The notes under the pieces: model-generated
The model's database searches: none
What the model saw: the letters and a program-made list of their open reading frames with translations, nothing else
Told to the model about the DNA's origin: nothing
Translations under genes and position numbers: made by a program
Part shown: positions 26,453 through 38,576 of the stretch, piece by piece
How the letters are laid out: each line of letters begins with the position of its first letter
Position numbering within the stretch: the first letter of the stretch is position 1
NCBI RefSeq assembly: GCF_018350175.1
Contig: NC_058368.1
Location: forward strand, 182,530,001-182,594,000
Reading direction: 5' to 3'
Origin: Felis catus
Lineage: Eukaryota
Length of the DNA stretch: 64,000 bases

Positions 26453-27040
26453 AATCTATAGTATAGATCTTGTGTACAATGATAAGCATGAAGCCACTTT
26501 GTTGGATAAAAGTATTTACTGTCCTTTAGAACTTCCCAGGACAGGGGAATAGAGAAATAAATACATAAATCAGAAATTATTTTTATTTTGCTTTGAGATC
26601 AGCAAATGAAAAGTTTCATATCATCAGTTAACATCCATAATATATCATATTGTTAAATTCTCAGATAACTGCACAAGGACTTTAAAATAATGTTTAAGTC
26701 TGTCTGCGCAGATTAAGTGGAAACAAAGGTGACTTCATTTTACTTGTGTTCCTCAAATTAGGGCAATTGCTTGGACATTCCTCAGAACCTCTGAAATTTT
26801 TCTGGTATGGAGTGACATCTTTGATATTTCTCTTTTTTCAGAGTGGATATTCCCTGCCCACTTTGATAGATGTTTGACTAGTGGTCACACATCTCTTCTA
26901 CCTGTGGTCACAGAACTAAAACAGACTGAAATTGCTGGTGAGTAGCAAACATGTATCACAATGTCCTTGAGTTTTACTCCAGAGGAAAGAAGAAACAGTA
27001 GCAGTTAAGATTATTGTATTTAAAATACTGAAGAAGATTT

Positions 27041-27263
27041 GGGGCGCCTGAGTGGCTCAGTTGTTTGAATGTCCAACTCTTGGTTTTGGCTTAGGTGGTG
27101 ATCTCATCGTCCTGGGATCAAGCTTCACATTGGGCTCTGTTCTGACAGCCCAGAGTCTGCTTGGGAATTTCTTTCTCCCTCTCTCTCTGCCCTTCCCCTG
27201 CATGTGTGTTCTCTCTGTCTCTCTGTCTCTCTCTTTCTCTCTCTCTTAAAAATAAACATTAAA
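27041..27263 (+). mobile_element. CanSINE (older subtype), tail interrupted by a young SINE
   Basis: GGGGCGCCTGAGTGGCTCAGTT head, CT-rich tract; diverged TSD AAAATACTGAAGAAGATT / AAAATACCGCAGAGGATT spans both SINEs. Confidence 0.95.
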
Positions 27264-27485
27264 GGGGCGCCTGGGTGGCGCAGTCAGTTAAGCGTCCGAC
27301 TTCAGCCAGGTCACGATCTCGCGGTCTGTGAGTTCGAGCCTCGCGTCAGGCTCTGGGCTGATGGCTCAGAGCCTGGAGCCTGCTTCTGATTCTGTGTCTC
27401 CCTCTCTCTCTGCCCCTCCCCCGTTCATGCTCTCTCTCTCTCTGTCCCAAAAATAAATAAAAGTTGAAAAAAAATAAAAAAAATA
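27264..27485 (+). mobile_element. Young felid CanSINE
   Basis: GGGGCGCCTGGGTGGCGCAGTCAGTTAAGCGTCCGACTTCAGCCAGGTCACGATCTCGCGG; CpGs retained; B box GTTCGAGCC. Confidence 0.97.
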
Positions 27486-27670
27486 AATAATCATTAAAAA
27501 ATACCGCAGAGGATTAGAAGGTAGCCATGGACAGGAAATGGGGAAGACAGAACACTCCATGACATAGGGAAAAGACAAAGGACCTCAAAAACCTTTGAAG
27601 GTATTGACAAAATGTGGCAGAACATAATGATGGCTTTGAGACCTTGAGAGAAAAGATACTTAATACTGTT

Positions 27671-27672
<2 letters not shown>

Positions 27673-27709
<37 letters not shown>
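27673..27709. repeat. (TAA)12 microsatellite
   Basis: Read directly. Confidence 0.95.
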
Positions 27710-27710
<1 letters not shown>

Positions 27711-28949
27711 TAATGTTTGACACGTTTCAGAAGGATTTCCATCCAAATGCTTAGCTTTGCTGCTAAAGAAGAATGTTTTAGTCACCCAGAATATTTGCAT
27801 ATGTGAATATCTTTGCAGTTACGGTGATTACGTTGGATATCACTATTCTAAAACAATGACTAGAAATCTCATACCTGTACTGGTTTTAACCAGTAGGATC
27901 AGCAATCAAGGAAGAGAGGTTATCTCACGGAGAGAGTAAAAGTATCTAGTGAGGGATGTTAACAAATGATTTATCGATATACTTTTTTCCCCCTTTGCAT
28001 TCGATTTTTAAATTAATTATTTTTCACTGTGAATCTTTATAAGAATTGTAATCCACACTAGAGAAAGCAAAAATACAAAGCAATAAGACCCATTAAAAAA
28101 AGGTTAAGAGACACTTACCCAGAAAGCTCTCCAGTCACCTATGGGGTCTTTAGATAGTTCTTCAGTAATATGCACTATATATCTCACATTTACTCAAATA
28201 AATTGGTTTGAAATGTGTCACAGCTACTATCCCATTGCTTGCCTCTAAGAATAAAACATGTGGCATTGCATTCTAGCAATGAGCACCATTTTAGCATTCA
28301 GCTGATGCTTCCTTCATGGGCTGTAACTTGGCTCATTCATCAGCCTGAAATGGGCTAATTTAAAATAGTCTGAGAAAGAAAAGGGGAAAAAAGCTAATTG
28401 TCTGCAAAGAGGTGTTAAGAATGAAATAAAAATATAGAAAATTAGCAGTTGAAGAGGTATCTTTTTTCAGCTGTCGCAGCCTACTGTCTGAGGATGCGTA
28501 CCAGTAATTTGTGAAGATGTGTGGGTATTGAATTGCTCTGTGCACAAAGCCAGTCTAGTGAGTGATAACTCCAATACCAGCTTTGACTTGAGTGGATTAG
28601 GTGCTAAGTGGGTTTAACAAAATTACCCAGAGCATTACATCATATTCCTCCCACTTCTTGTGACAGAAACTATTATTTCTATGGGACTGTGCTAAAATGA
28701 AGTGATCAAAAATATGAAAGAGGTAAAAGGGTAAGGGGATAATGAGGATGGTGAAGAAAGGGCATCCTCATGAGTAGCTCTTGTACTCTGAAAACTTGGG
28801 AAGAGTTGTGCTGAAATCAAAAGTGTCCAGTTTAAAATTATACTCTGGTGAAGATTTAGCAAGATTATCCTTAAAACTTGCCACTTGTATATTTGATTTT
28901 GGAGTTCCATAAACATTTGAGATAAATAAAAATCAAGGTAAGTGATTCC

Positions 28950-29026
28950 TGAATGGTGACCATAGTTAATAAAAGTGTGTTGTATATTTGAGAAGTTGCT
29001 AAGAGATAAGATCTTAAAAGTTCTCA
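28950..29026 (+). mobile_element. Short L1 3' UTR fragment (L1MA-like)
   Basis: GGTGACCATAGTTAATAA...GTTGTATATTTGAGAAGTTGCTAAGAGATAAGATCTTAAAAGTTCTCA. Confidence 0.8.
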
Positions 29027-29906
29027 AATGGAATCTAAAGCAGAAAAAGGAATGCCTCTAAAAGAAGCTTTCTTACAGATTATTACACACAATTTCACCA
29101 GCAGGGAGAAATTTATATTCTTCATGAATTAAATTGAAGTCTATCCCCATAGCAGGTGATATCCAGATGATATGTTTTGTTAGTGGTCACTTTAGAAATA
29201 GTCAAACCTGGAGTCAATAGAGTCTTCTTGGGTTTTCACTTCATTAAGTGTTTAACTCTGTCAGCCATTTTTGTGACTCTGTCTTGATTTTTATAACTTG
29301 TAAACTCATTACAATCTAATTAAAAGACTTGTTAAGCCAACGTTAGCAATAATTTTTCCCAAGCTAATATTGTTTGTAAGTCTATTTCTAATATTACATT
29401 TTCTTGAGTCTGAGATACATTTAACTATTTTCTTTTTTGGTGTTGTTCAATCCATTAAGCTGTGCTTGTCTTTCCACAAGACAGACTGTTTTCTTTCACA
29501 GGACAACTAAACTAATAGCATCTTAAATACTGGATTGATAAAAAATAAATAAAAAATAAACATTGGATTTACACTTGAAGAAGTAATATAATCCTAATTA
29601 GTAAACTAACATGGTTTTTTCCTCTTTGCAATCCCTGAAAATGTATGACCATGGAAGGGATGTCTTCATCCAATGCTTAAGAACTCAGATTGACCTAATG
29701 AACAGCTGAAGAAACAAGCGTTATACCTGTTTCACATTTTTCTCCAATATGATGCCTTATATCTCTAGTGTTGGGCAAACTGAAACAACTAAGGGCGTAC
29801 TTTTTTACTATGTTCAACAAACGGTGACAAAACATTGATCTTCTTTGTAGTCACTGACTTAACAGTTGTGACTTTGATCACTTTTGAACATTAAGCCTAA
29901 CAAATT

Positions 29907-30112
29907 TTAATTTTTTATGTTTATTTATTTTTGAGAGACAGAGTGTGTGCACACACAAGTTGGGGAAAGGCAGTGAGTGGGAGACAGGGGATCTGAAGCG
30001 GGCTCTGCACTGATAGCAGAGAGCCTGGTGTGGGGCTCAAATTCAAGAAGCCATGAGATCATGTCTTGAGCTGAAGTTGGACACTTAACCATCTGATTCA
30101 CTCAGGAGCCCC
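29907..30112 (-). mobile_element. CanSINE
   Basis: Antisense body ending CAGGAGCCCC; TSD AAGCCTAACAAATT / GAGCTTAAGAAATT. Confidence 0.93.
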
Positions 30113-30125
30113 GAGCTTAAGAAAT

Positions 30126-30128
<3 letters not shown>

Positions 30129-30173
<45 letters not shown>

Positions 30174-30345
30174 GTAGTATAAATATATATATAATGTAGT
30201 ATTAAATATAATAATATATATTATATATATTTAATTTATTTAATATATATTATATATTATATTATATATTATGTATATATTATATATATGTTATATATAT
30301 AGTTATATATTATATACATGTTATCTATAAATATATATATTTATT
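30129..30345. repeat. (AT)21 plus degenerate AT-rich low-complexity tract
   Basis: Read directly; almost no G or C over about 215 bp. Confidence 0.95.
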
Positions 30346-31140
30346 TAACTAAAATCCTTCTTCGAAATAAAAAGAAAATAAACAGAACTAGTAAATAGCC
30401 TTACTTATAATAAAATTTTGGTAATATCTTTGAGAGTGTGAGAAAGAGTGAAATGGTTTCAAGCACATTCTCTCAGAACTCAGGAGGTTGGTTGAGGGCA
30501 AAAACAAGAACCCACGCTTTTAGAGAATAATTAAATATTTAGAGGGAATTTAGCTTATTTACTTAGTTGTGTTGTTTTCAAGTCAGACCTTCAGCTTCAA
30601 TTAAAGAGAAGCTTGCATTCTTATTTTAAATCTAAAAAATAAAGCCTCGTCTTCTGTAATTACTGTCCTTTTTATATACTATATGTGTGTGCATGTGTGC
30701 ATGTTAGAGTATAGGTAACACTGAGAGAAAGTGTCATAACTAATGGAAGAAGAAATGATTATTAGTGGGAATTCTGCAATACTGTGTCAGGAACATGCCC
30801 CAAAATAGCTTCAGGTTGATGGGGAATACTTAAGCTGCCAGTGGTTTAACTGTTACTGACAGAAATCCCCTAGGGCAAGGCAAGTGATGAGCAGTGTAAG
30901 AAGCAGGCAGAACACAGTTCTGGACAAATGCACCAGCCCTCGTCAAATGTGGAAACTGCCCAGATGCATCCATGTATGTCTCCAAGCCTGCACTCAGAGC
31001 CCCACCAAACCTAATCATCTTGTAGCACAGACATCAATGTCTCTCATATGTTTACTGACAAAAGAAGGATCCTTGATAAATCTTGACAGTGGGAACATCA
31101 CCAAACAGAACTCTTCAGGTTAGTTGCTGCGTTCTTTAAC

Positions 31141-31214
31141 ATATTTACTTAGGGCACATCTCTGGCTTTGATTCCCAATATTTACTTAAGGCACATCTCT
31201 GGCTTTGATTCCCA
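31141..31214. repeat. 37-bp tandem duplication
   Basis: ATATTTACTTA(G/A)GGCACATCTCTGGCTTTGATTCCCA twice, 36/37 identical. Confidence 0.97.
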
Positions 31215-31964
31215 ATAGACTCTATTGTCCGTGAAATGAAAATGATTGAACGTTTTCCTTAATGTTGTGAAAAGCACAAAATAAATTTTAGCAGTTATTA
31301 TTAAGGTGTTTTTCCAGCAATTTCTGGTAAACCATAGATGGGAATACAGTTGAGAACTCTTTATTTCCCTGGGTTGAAAATGATGATTGTGAATCCCTTG
31401 GCCCTCGGCTTCTCCATGATAATTTCCCAATCATAAAGAAAATTTACACCATAATTTGTTGAAAAGTATTCTTAGATCCTTTTAGACTTATTTTAAGGAA
31501 AACATTGTCCAGTTGTAGAAAATGTTGGAAACAAATTCATGTAATTATTTCACTGAGCATGGAGACTAAAATTTGCCTGGAAACACAAGAATGGAGTAAG
31601 GAATACACACTAAGTTAAGAAAATTCCCAATAGTGAAAGCAAGTAGAAAAATTTCTGTCATTAGGTCAGTTTCAAGATGACAGTACAATAAGGTAGTAGT
31701 GAAGAAAGAAAAGAAATACCCTTTTCCATTGAAGAAGTAAGTGTTCCAAAGTATTCTTCAGATTATGAAAAACATGGCAACACAATTGGCAAAAACAGAA
31801 ACAAAAAAAGTTTACGATCCTTTTTTTTTTTTTCCAATAGTGTTTTTGGAGTAAAAGGAAATTTCAGATCTCTTCTTTTCCAGAAAAAAAAATAGTACTT
31901 CCCCCCCACACCCACCGCAATAAGAGCACAAAATGGGATCAAAGAAAGAGAAGATGGAATTGTG

Positions 31965-32205
31965 TACCTGTTAAGAGAACAGGAGTCAAAGGTGGGTCTA
32001 CATTCTGGTCCCGCTGCTTGTTAATTCTGTAATGTTGGCAACTATTTCCTCTCTTGAAGTCTCAGATTTTTTATAGGTTGCATATTGGAATTCAGCAGAG
32101 AATGCTTTATATATAAGTAGGGTTATTGTGAGGAGTAAATGGTATTATGCACATTGAGCAAGAGTGTCATGTGGCACATGAAAAACTAATCAATATTAGT
32201 TCTAT
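31965..32205 (+). mobile_element. MIR SINE
   Basis: GGAGTCAAAG...ATTCTGGTCCCGCTGCTT...AGGGTTATTGTGAGGAGTAAATGG...TGGCACATG...TCAATATTAG. Confidence 0.7.
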
Positions 32206-32559
32206 CACTGTGTTGGAAAGAACAGTATTTTCACTAGAGCCTCAAAACATATGAAAGCCCTCACTAAGAGCTGTGGTGAAATAAACTTAGGAAACAGTAA
32301 GTTAAATACAAAGGAATAACATATTTACTGTAAATCTGGAGATATTTCAATTTCTAAGAGTGTATGATAAACCTTGAGAAGAAACACATTTATTTGAAAG
32401 CCCTTTTTAATATAGTGGGACTTGTATGCCACAGAATAAACTTTAAAAATGTCACACATTTTATCTGGAGCCACCCAACTGGATGCCCAAGTTGAATTTC
32501 TCACCCTTTTCACAGATATCTTACAGTGCTGTTACCTCCAAAACTATAACCTGCATTCT

Positions 32560-33075
32560 TATTTTCCATCAATTCAAAAACCTTCAGCTCCTCTCCATGA
32601 TTAGAGAAGAAATTCTAATTTCTTTAGTATGGCATTCAGTGACTTCGATAGTATGACTTTAACCTTTTTTCCCAACTCTTTTCTAAGGGTATCAATATCC
32701 CTTAAAAGCACTAGGTGTCCATGGTTTCTCATACTCTTTCCTAAATCTATAATGGGACAAAACTATTTCTCTATCTGCCAAAATCTACTCACCTCTCAAG
32801 AAAGAGTTCATGTGTCCATACCCTTGGTTAGCTCTCCCAGGACCATGTTCTTCTAAGACAGAATCTCTGAATTGCTATAACTTTTTTTTTTCCATAGTGT
32901 AAGTACAGCAGTTTATTTAATAGAATTGTTATGATATGCTGCTGTGTCTGAATCTATTTCTCCTACTTCTTATAAATTCAGAGAGAGAGTGAAATGTGTC
33001 TTATTCATCTTTTTGTCTTCAAAAACCCAACATGATGTCTGGCATTGAGTAGGTCCTCAGAAAGATGGCTTTGAA
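32560..33075 (+). mobile_element. L2 LINE 3' fragment
   Basis: CTTTAGTATGGCATTCA...TGTGTCTTATTCATCTTTTTGTC...TGTCTGGCATTGAGTAGGTCCTCAG. Confidence 0.7.
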
Positions 33076-33750
33076 AAAACTGGAAACATCAGGGAGAGGA
33101 ATCAAAGCATTGGACCCTGCTGCTGTGCGTTACAAGAAATATTTCCATATATGGAAGAGAGACATGTAGTATTACTGCTCTACTCAAACAGAGGTCTGCC
33201 TCAAGGCAGGTGGCTACAGGTGTGCTTGCCTGGAGGTGGTGAGTACAAGCCAATCAACTCATGTCAGTTCCTCCTAAATCCAAAGCGTATTTCTAAGTTC
33301 CTTGTCAGCAAGAGAATTGGGACAGTTACGTTACTGAAGTCACCAGGATACTCTTAGTTTATGTCTATCAGAAAGCATGAATATAGCCTACGTAGAGGCA
33401 TTGCAAAACCAGTTTTTATATTTAACAATCGCCATGAATTTAAGTGCCGTCAAATTGCAAGAAAAAAAATGTACTACTCAATTCAGAACAAGAAGTTATT
33501 TTTCTCATTGCAGTAAAAATAAGCCTTGCTTAATAAATGTTACAACACACACATACAAAGGGTAATTTTTGTGAGAGAGCAGTTACATTTTAACTTCTTA
33601 AGTTGGCTGGGCTTTCTGAGACTTCTACCACAATCAGGAAGACTGTAACGATTGCTAGATTTATGTGGAAGGGGAAAAAATGAATTCTAATTGCCAAATG
33701 TAAACATATTGAATACAAAATTGACATGAATGCTACCATGTGGCATTTTA

Positions 33751-33972
33751 TTTTTTTTTTAATTTTTTTAACATTTATTTATTTTTGAAACAGAGAGAGA
33801 CAGAGCATGAACGGGGGGAGGGCCAGAGAGAGAGGGAGACACAGAATCTGAAGCAGGCTCCAGGCTCTGAGCTGTCAGCACAGAGCCTGATGTGGGGCTC
33901 GAACTCACGGACCGTGAGATCGTGACCTGAGCGAAGTCGGACGCTCAACCGACTGAGCCACCCAGGTGCCCC
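33751..33972 (-). mobile_element. CanSINE (SINEC_Fc-type)
   Basis: Near-consensus body, several CpGs retained; TSD ATGTGG(C/T)ATTTTA. Confidence 0.97.
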
Positions 33973-34359
33973 TATGTGGTATTTTAAAGACCAAGTAAGT
34001 TTTAATACAAAGCTTTTATATATGAATTCAGATTTTTTCCTCAAAATGGACATAGAAACTAATTATTAACCATCATGTATGTCCAGAGATTTTGGGAAAT
34101 GAACATAATCCAGTTAAGGGGGAAAAAAGCCCCCCAGAACCTCATGCTAGGAACCTTGTTTATTTACAAGGAATCATATTTTTTTTCTTGATTCAAATGT
34201 TCTTTAGTCTGAAAAACAAGGTAGTCTGAACTGCTGAGGCTATGAAAATTTTGTATAGATGATATGAATAGAATGATACATTCTAATAGAATGATCTTAG
34301 ACCAGTCCATCCTAACATTTTAAGTCACTCTTGAAAGAAGGGATCTATGTGACAGCCAT

Positions 34360-37300
34360 CTGTATGGACTTCTGCTTCCTGAAGGCAACCTCACTGCCTG
34401 AGGTGTGAGGCTGCTGCAACTCAAGCAGAAAACTGTACTCTTTAGTGACCTCAGTGCCAGAGGAAAGAGAGCCAGGCTACCAGAAAAGCTAGAAATTAAA
34501 GAAGACAAAATCACAGGACAACCCTCAAAAGAGGGGACTCCTCCTCTGAGTTTAAACCCCTCCCAAGTACATGACTGTTTCTTGAACTGCATATGAATAG
34601 GAAATATTCTAGAAAGCCTAGTGGAAAGCAGAAAAATACTTGAGAACAAAGAAATCTAAGCAGATATTTTGGCTGCTGCTCACCAAAGAGGACACAAAAC
34701 TGGAATACATTTAATTAGAAAGTCTAGATAAGCACATTGGATATAACATGAAAACCAGAGAAGGGTCAGGTATGTAAAAAACAAAGACACAATTTGTGTA
34801 TTAAAAAAAGGAAAAACACTCTTCACAGTAAACAGGGGAATGCTGGAATGGCAATGTTATATTAGATATTCAAAGCCAGAAGTGAAAGGCATTTCACAAT
34901 GATAAAAATATCAATTCATAAGGAGAACATAAAAATAATAAATATGTACCCACTAATAGCAGGTTTTCTAACTACAAGAAGAAAACACGGATAGAATTAA
35001 AAGTAAAAATCCACAAATCCACAACCTAGCTGGAGATTTCAACACTCCTCTCACAATTTCAATAAATGATAAAACAAATAGATAAGAATCAGTAAGAACA
35101 TACAAAGCATGAACAACCTTATGAAGAAGCCTGAGCTAACAGTCATTTATAGACCCTTGCACAGACAACTGTAGAATAACAATTCTTTTTTTTTAAGTTT
35201 TTTTAACAATTCTTATTTTTGAGAGAGAGATAGAAAGAGAGCAAGAGAGCGAGAGGGCGAGAGAGAGTGAGAGAGTGAGAGAGAGAGCATGAGTTCCGTA
35301 CTGTCAGAGCAGAGCCTGATGCAGTGCTGGATCTCACAAACTGCACGATCATGACCTGAGCCAATAGCAAGAGTGCGACAGACGGAGCCACCCAGGTGCC
35401 CTGAAAACAGATTCTTACCAAGTGCACATGACAAGTTCATAAACAGGTATCATGCCATGAGTCAAGCATCAACAGATTTCAAATGTTGTAGCCTATTACC
35501 TCCACAGAATTTAGAAATCAGTAATAGTAAGATGCCCAGAAAGTTATCTCAAAGTAGGAAAATTAAAACATACTCCTAGAAAATTTCTTATAAATATGGT
35601 TAGACTGAATTTACCAAATACTTAAATAAGGAAAAAAAAACAGCAATCTTACATGAACTCACTTTATGTGGCCATCATAGCTTGATACCAATGCCTTACA
35701 AAGATACTATAGGTAAAGATAATTAGATACAAAAATCACTCATGCACACAGGTATAAAAATCCTTAACACAATATTAACATGTAGAATTCAGCAATATAT
35801 AAAAAGACAATACATCATTACCAAATGGAGTTTATCCCAGGAATACAAGTATTGCACAACATTGAAAAACAATCAATCCATGTAACTTCCTATATTAACA
35901 GAATAAAGGAGAGAAGTTCCACCTAAAATCAAAATGAAGAAAAGGATGTCCCATTTCATGACTTCCACTCAATATTCAGGCCCAAGCCCATGAGATAAAG
36001 TGAGTAAAAAGAAATGGAGCTGTAGATATCAGAAATAAAAGATAAAACTGGGGTTATTCATAGACAACATGACTATTTTAGTAGAAAATCCTAAGAAACT
36101 CTAAAAAAAAACAAATAATAGACCTAAAAAGGAACAGATTTAACATGGTTGCAAGGTAAAAGATCAATATATAAAATTAACTGTAGTTGTATAAAATACC
36201 AGTAAAAAATGAAAAATTAGGTTACAAAATGAATCAATATTATTTACAATACTATCAAGCTGGCTAATAATCAAACTTCAACTGGTTAATAATATACTTA
36301 ACAAAAGCATACAAAGCCTGTACTCTAAAATACAAAATGTTGTTAGCAGAAATTTAAAAAGATCTAAATAAATGGAAAGAGACTATTATCATAGATTAGA
36401 GAACTCAATATTGTTAACAATTTTCACATTTGTCTATAAATTCAATGAACTCCAATTAAATTCCAAATAGTCATTTTTCTTGAAAACTTGGCAAGTTGAT
36501 TCTAAAATTTATATGAAAGTTCAGATAATATAGAGTCAAAAAATTAAAAACAAAATATGGTTGTAGAAATTATCACAGAGCTACAGTAATCAGAACAGGG
36601 TTGTTAATATAAGGATAGTTATAGAAAGCAAAGAAAGAGATAAGAGTGTCCAAAAACAGACTCATTTCTATTTGGTCAATTAAAATTTAACAAAAGCACC
36701 AATGCAATTCAATGGAGAAAAGACAGTTTACAGAAATCATACTTGAATGGATAGGTAAATTTATAGGAAGAAGGAACCTACATTTTTACTTAAATCACAG
36801 ACAAAAACTAGTTAAAGAGGGTTCATGGTCTAGAATGTAAAATCTCAAAGATAAACATTTAGAAGGAAATTAAGACTTTAAGAAAACTAAGTGACTTGGA
36901 AAATTAAATCACTTTTTTGTGACTTTGGTGTAAGCAACAATTTCTTAGAAAAAACATAACGAATACAAAGAATAAAAAATAAATAAATAAACTGGCTTTT
37001 ATTGACATTAGAAGGCACTTGTCATAAAAAGTCATCAAAACTGAGAAATGAATCAATATGAAATAAATTGTAACCAGAATGTATAAAGAATTTCTATAAA
37101 CAATAACAACAGTGACAAAAATTTCAGTTAAAACAATGAACAAAATACTTGAACAGGTCTTCAACAAAAGATGATATGTAATATATATACAAGACAATAA
37201 GCACATAAAAAGGGGCTCAGCATTATTAGCCATCAGAGAAATACATATTAAAACACTCACATCTGAATGGCTAAAAGTAAAAAGACTGACATCGACAAAT

Positions 37301-37935
37301 CTTGGTAAAGATATGGATCAGCTAATACTCTCATACTTTGCCGGTGTGGTATAAAGTGGGACAACCACTTTCAAAAACTGACTGTTTCTTCTAAAGTTAA
37401 AAATATATTTGCCCTATGATTTATTAGGATTTTACCTGCTAAAAAAAAATGGACAAATATGCCCATGAAGGGACATGAATAAGAATGTTGATAGCGTGGT
37501 GCATAATAGTCAAAACATAAAAGCAATGCAAATGCCATCATCTAGAGAATGAATAAATTAATTGTGATATATTTATACAACAGTCCTCAAGAAGAAAAAT
37601 TTTCCTAGTGACACGTTCGAAAGCATGGATGGATTTCCAAAACACTATAGTAAGTGACAGAACCTAACACAAATACCGCATACTATACTAATTCATTTAT
37701 GTGAATTTCAACAAAAGATTTGTTGAAATTTACAAAAGATACAATCAGATCACTAATTGTCTGTGGGGATGGGGACTGACTTAAAGGAAGCACAAGGGCA
37801 CATTCTGGGGTAATGGAAGTATTCTGTCTTGATTGGGATGACTATTACACAGATGAATTTATCAAAATTTATCTAATCGTACACTGAAGCTTGCTGAATT
37901 TTACTGTGTGTAAGTTTTACCTCAATTAAAAAAAC
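34360..37935 (+). mobile_element. Old internally deleted L1 (L1MC/MD/ME-like): possible 5' region, ORF2 remnants, 3' UTR
   Basis: ORF2 motifs GGAGATTTCAACACTCCTCTC, TTTATCCCAGGAATACAAG, GATCTAAATAAATGGAAAGA, CATTATTAGCCATCAGAGAAAT; 3' end TAAGTTTTACCTCAATTAAAAAA. The 34360-34740 portion is less certain. Confidence 0.85.
35186..35401 (-). mobile_element. CanSINE inserted in L1
   Basis: Antisense body ending GAGCCACCCAGGTGCCC; L1 sequence resumes after GAAAACAGATTCTT. Confidence 0.93.
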
Positions 37936-38109
37936 ATTCTGCCATGAAATGGAATGTGCTTTGAGAGAAAATTAAGTACAGCTGCAAAAAAATAAAATCA
38001 CAGCTATTTGCAAACCTTTATACTCAGAACATATACACAAACACACTCAAATTCTTACAACCAGTACATTACCCAAAGAAAGTAATCAGTTTTTAAAGTA
38101 ATCATTTTT

Positions 38110-38335
38110 ATTTATTTATTTTTAATTTTTTTAATGTTTCTTTATTTCTGAGATGGAGAGAGACAGAGCATGAGCAGGGGAATGGCAGAGAGAGAGGGAG
38201 ACACAGAATCTGAAGCAGGCTCCAGGCTCTGAGCTGTCCTCACAGAGGTCAACACCAGGCTCCAACTCAGGAACTGTGAGGTCATGACCCCAGCCAAACT
38301 TGGAGACTTAACCTATTGAGCCACCCAGGTGCCCC
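38110..38335 (-). mobile_element. CanSINE (first of a tandem pair)
   Basis: Full antisense body; flanked by AAAGTAATCATTTTT on both sides. Confidence 0.97.
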
Positions 38336-38351
38336 AAAAGTAATCATTTTT

Positions 38352-38576
38352 ATTTTATTTTTTTAATTTTTTTAACATTTATTTATTTTTGAGACAGAGA
38401 GAGACAGAGCATGAATGGGGGAGGGTCAGAGAGAGAGGGAGACACAGAATCCGAAACAGGCCCCAGGCTCTGAGCTGTCAGCACAGAGCCCGACATGGGG
38501 CTCGAACTCACGGAGCGTGAAATCATGACCTGAGCTGAAGTCGGCCTCCCAACTGACTGAGCGACCCAGGCGCCCC
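38352..38576 (-). mobile_element. CanSINE (second of a tandem pair)
   Basis: Full antisense body ending CAGGCGCCCC; followed by AAATTAATCATTTTT. Confidence 0.97.

Noticed and set aside
27264..27350. tRNA-like A/B boxes
   Set aside because: These are the tRNA-derived heads of CanSINEs, not tRNA genes
36904..37260. Hydrophobic 118-aa ORF resembling a membrane protein (similar ones at 21628-21946 and 48209-48469)
   Set aside because: Antisense reading of A-rich L1 sequence gives F/L/I-rich artefacts
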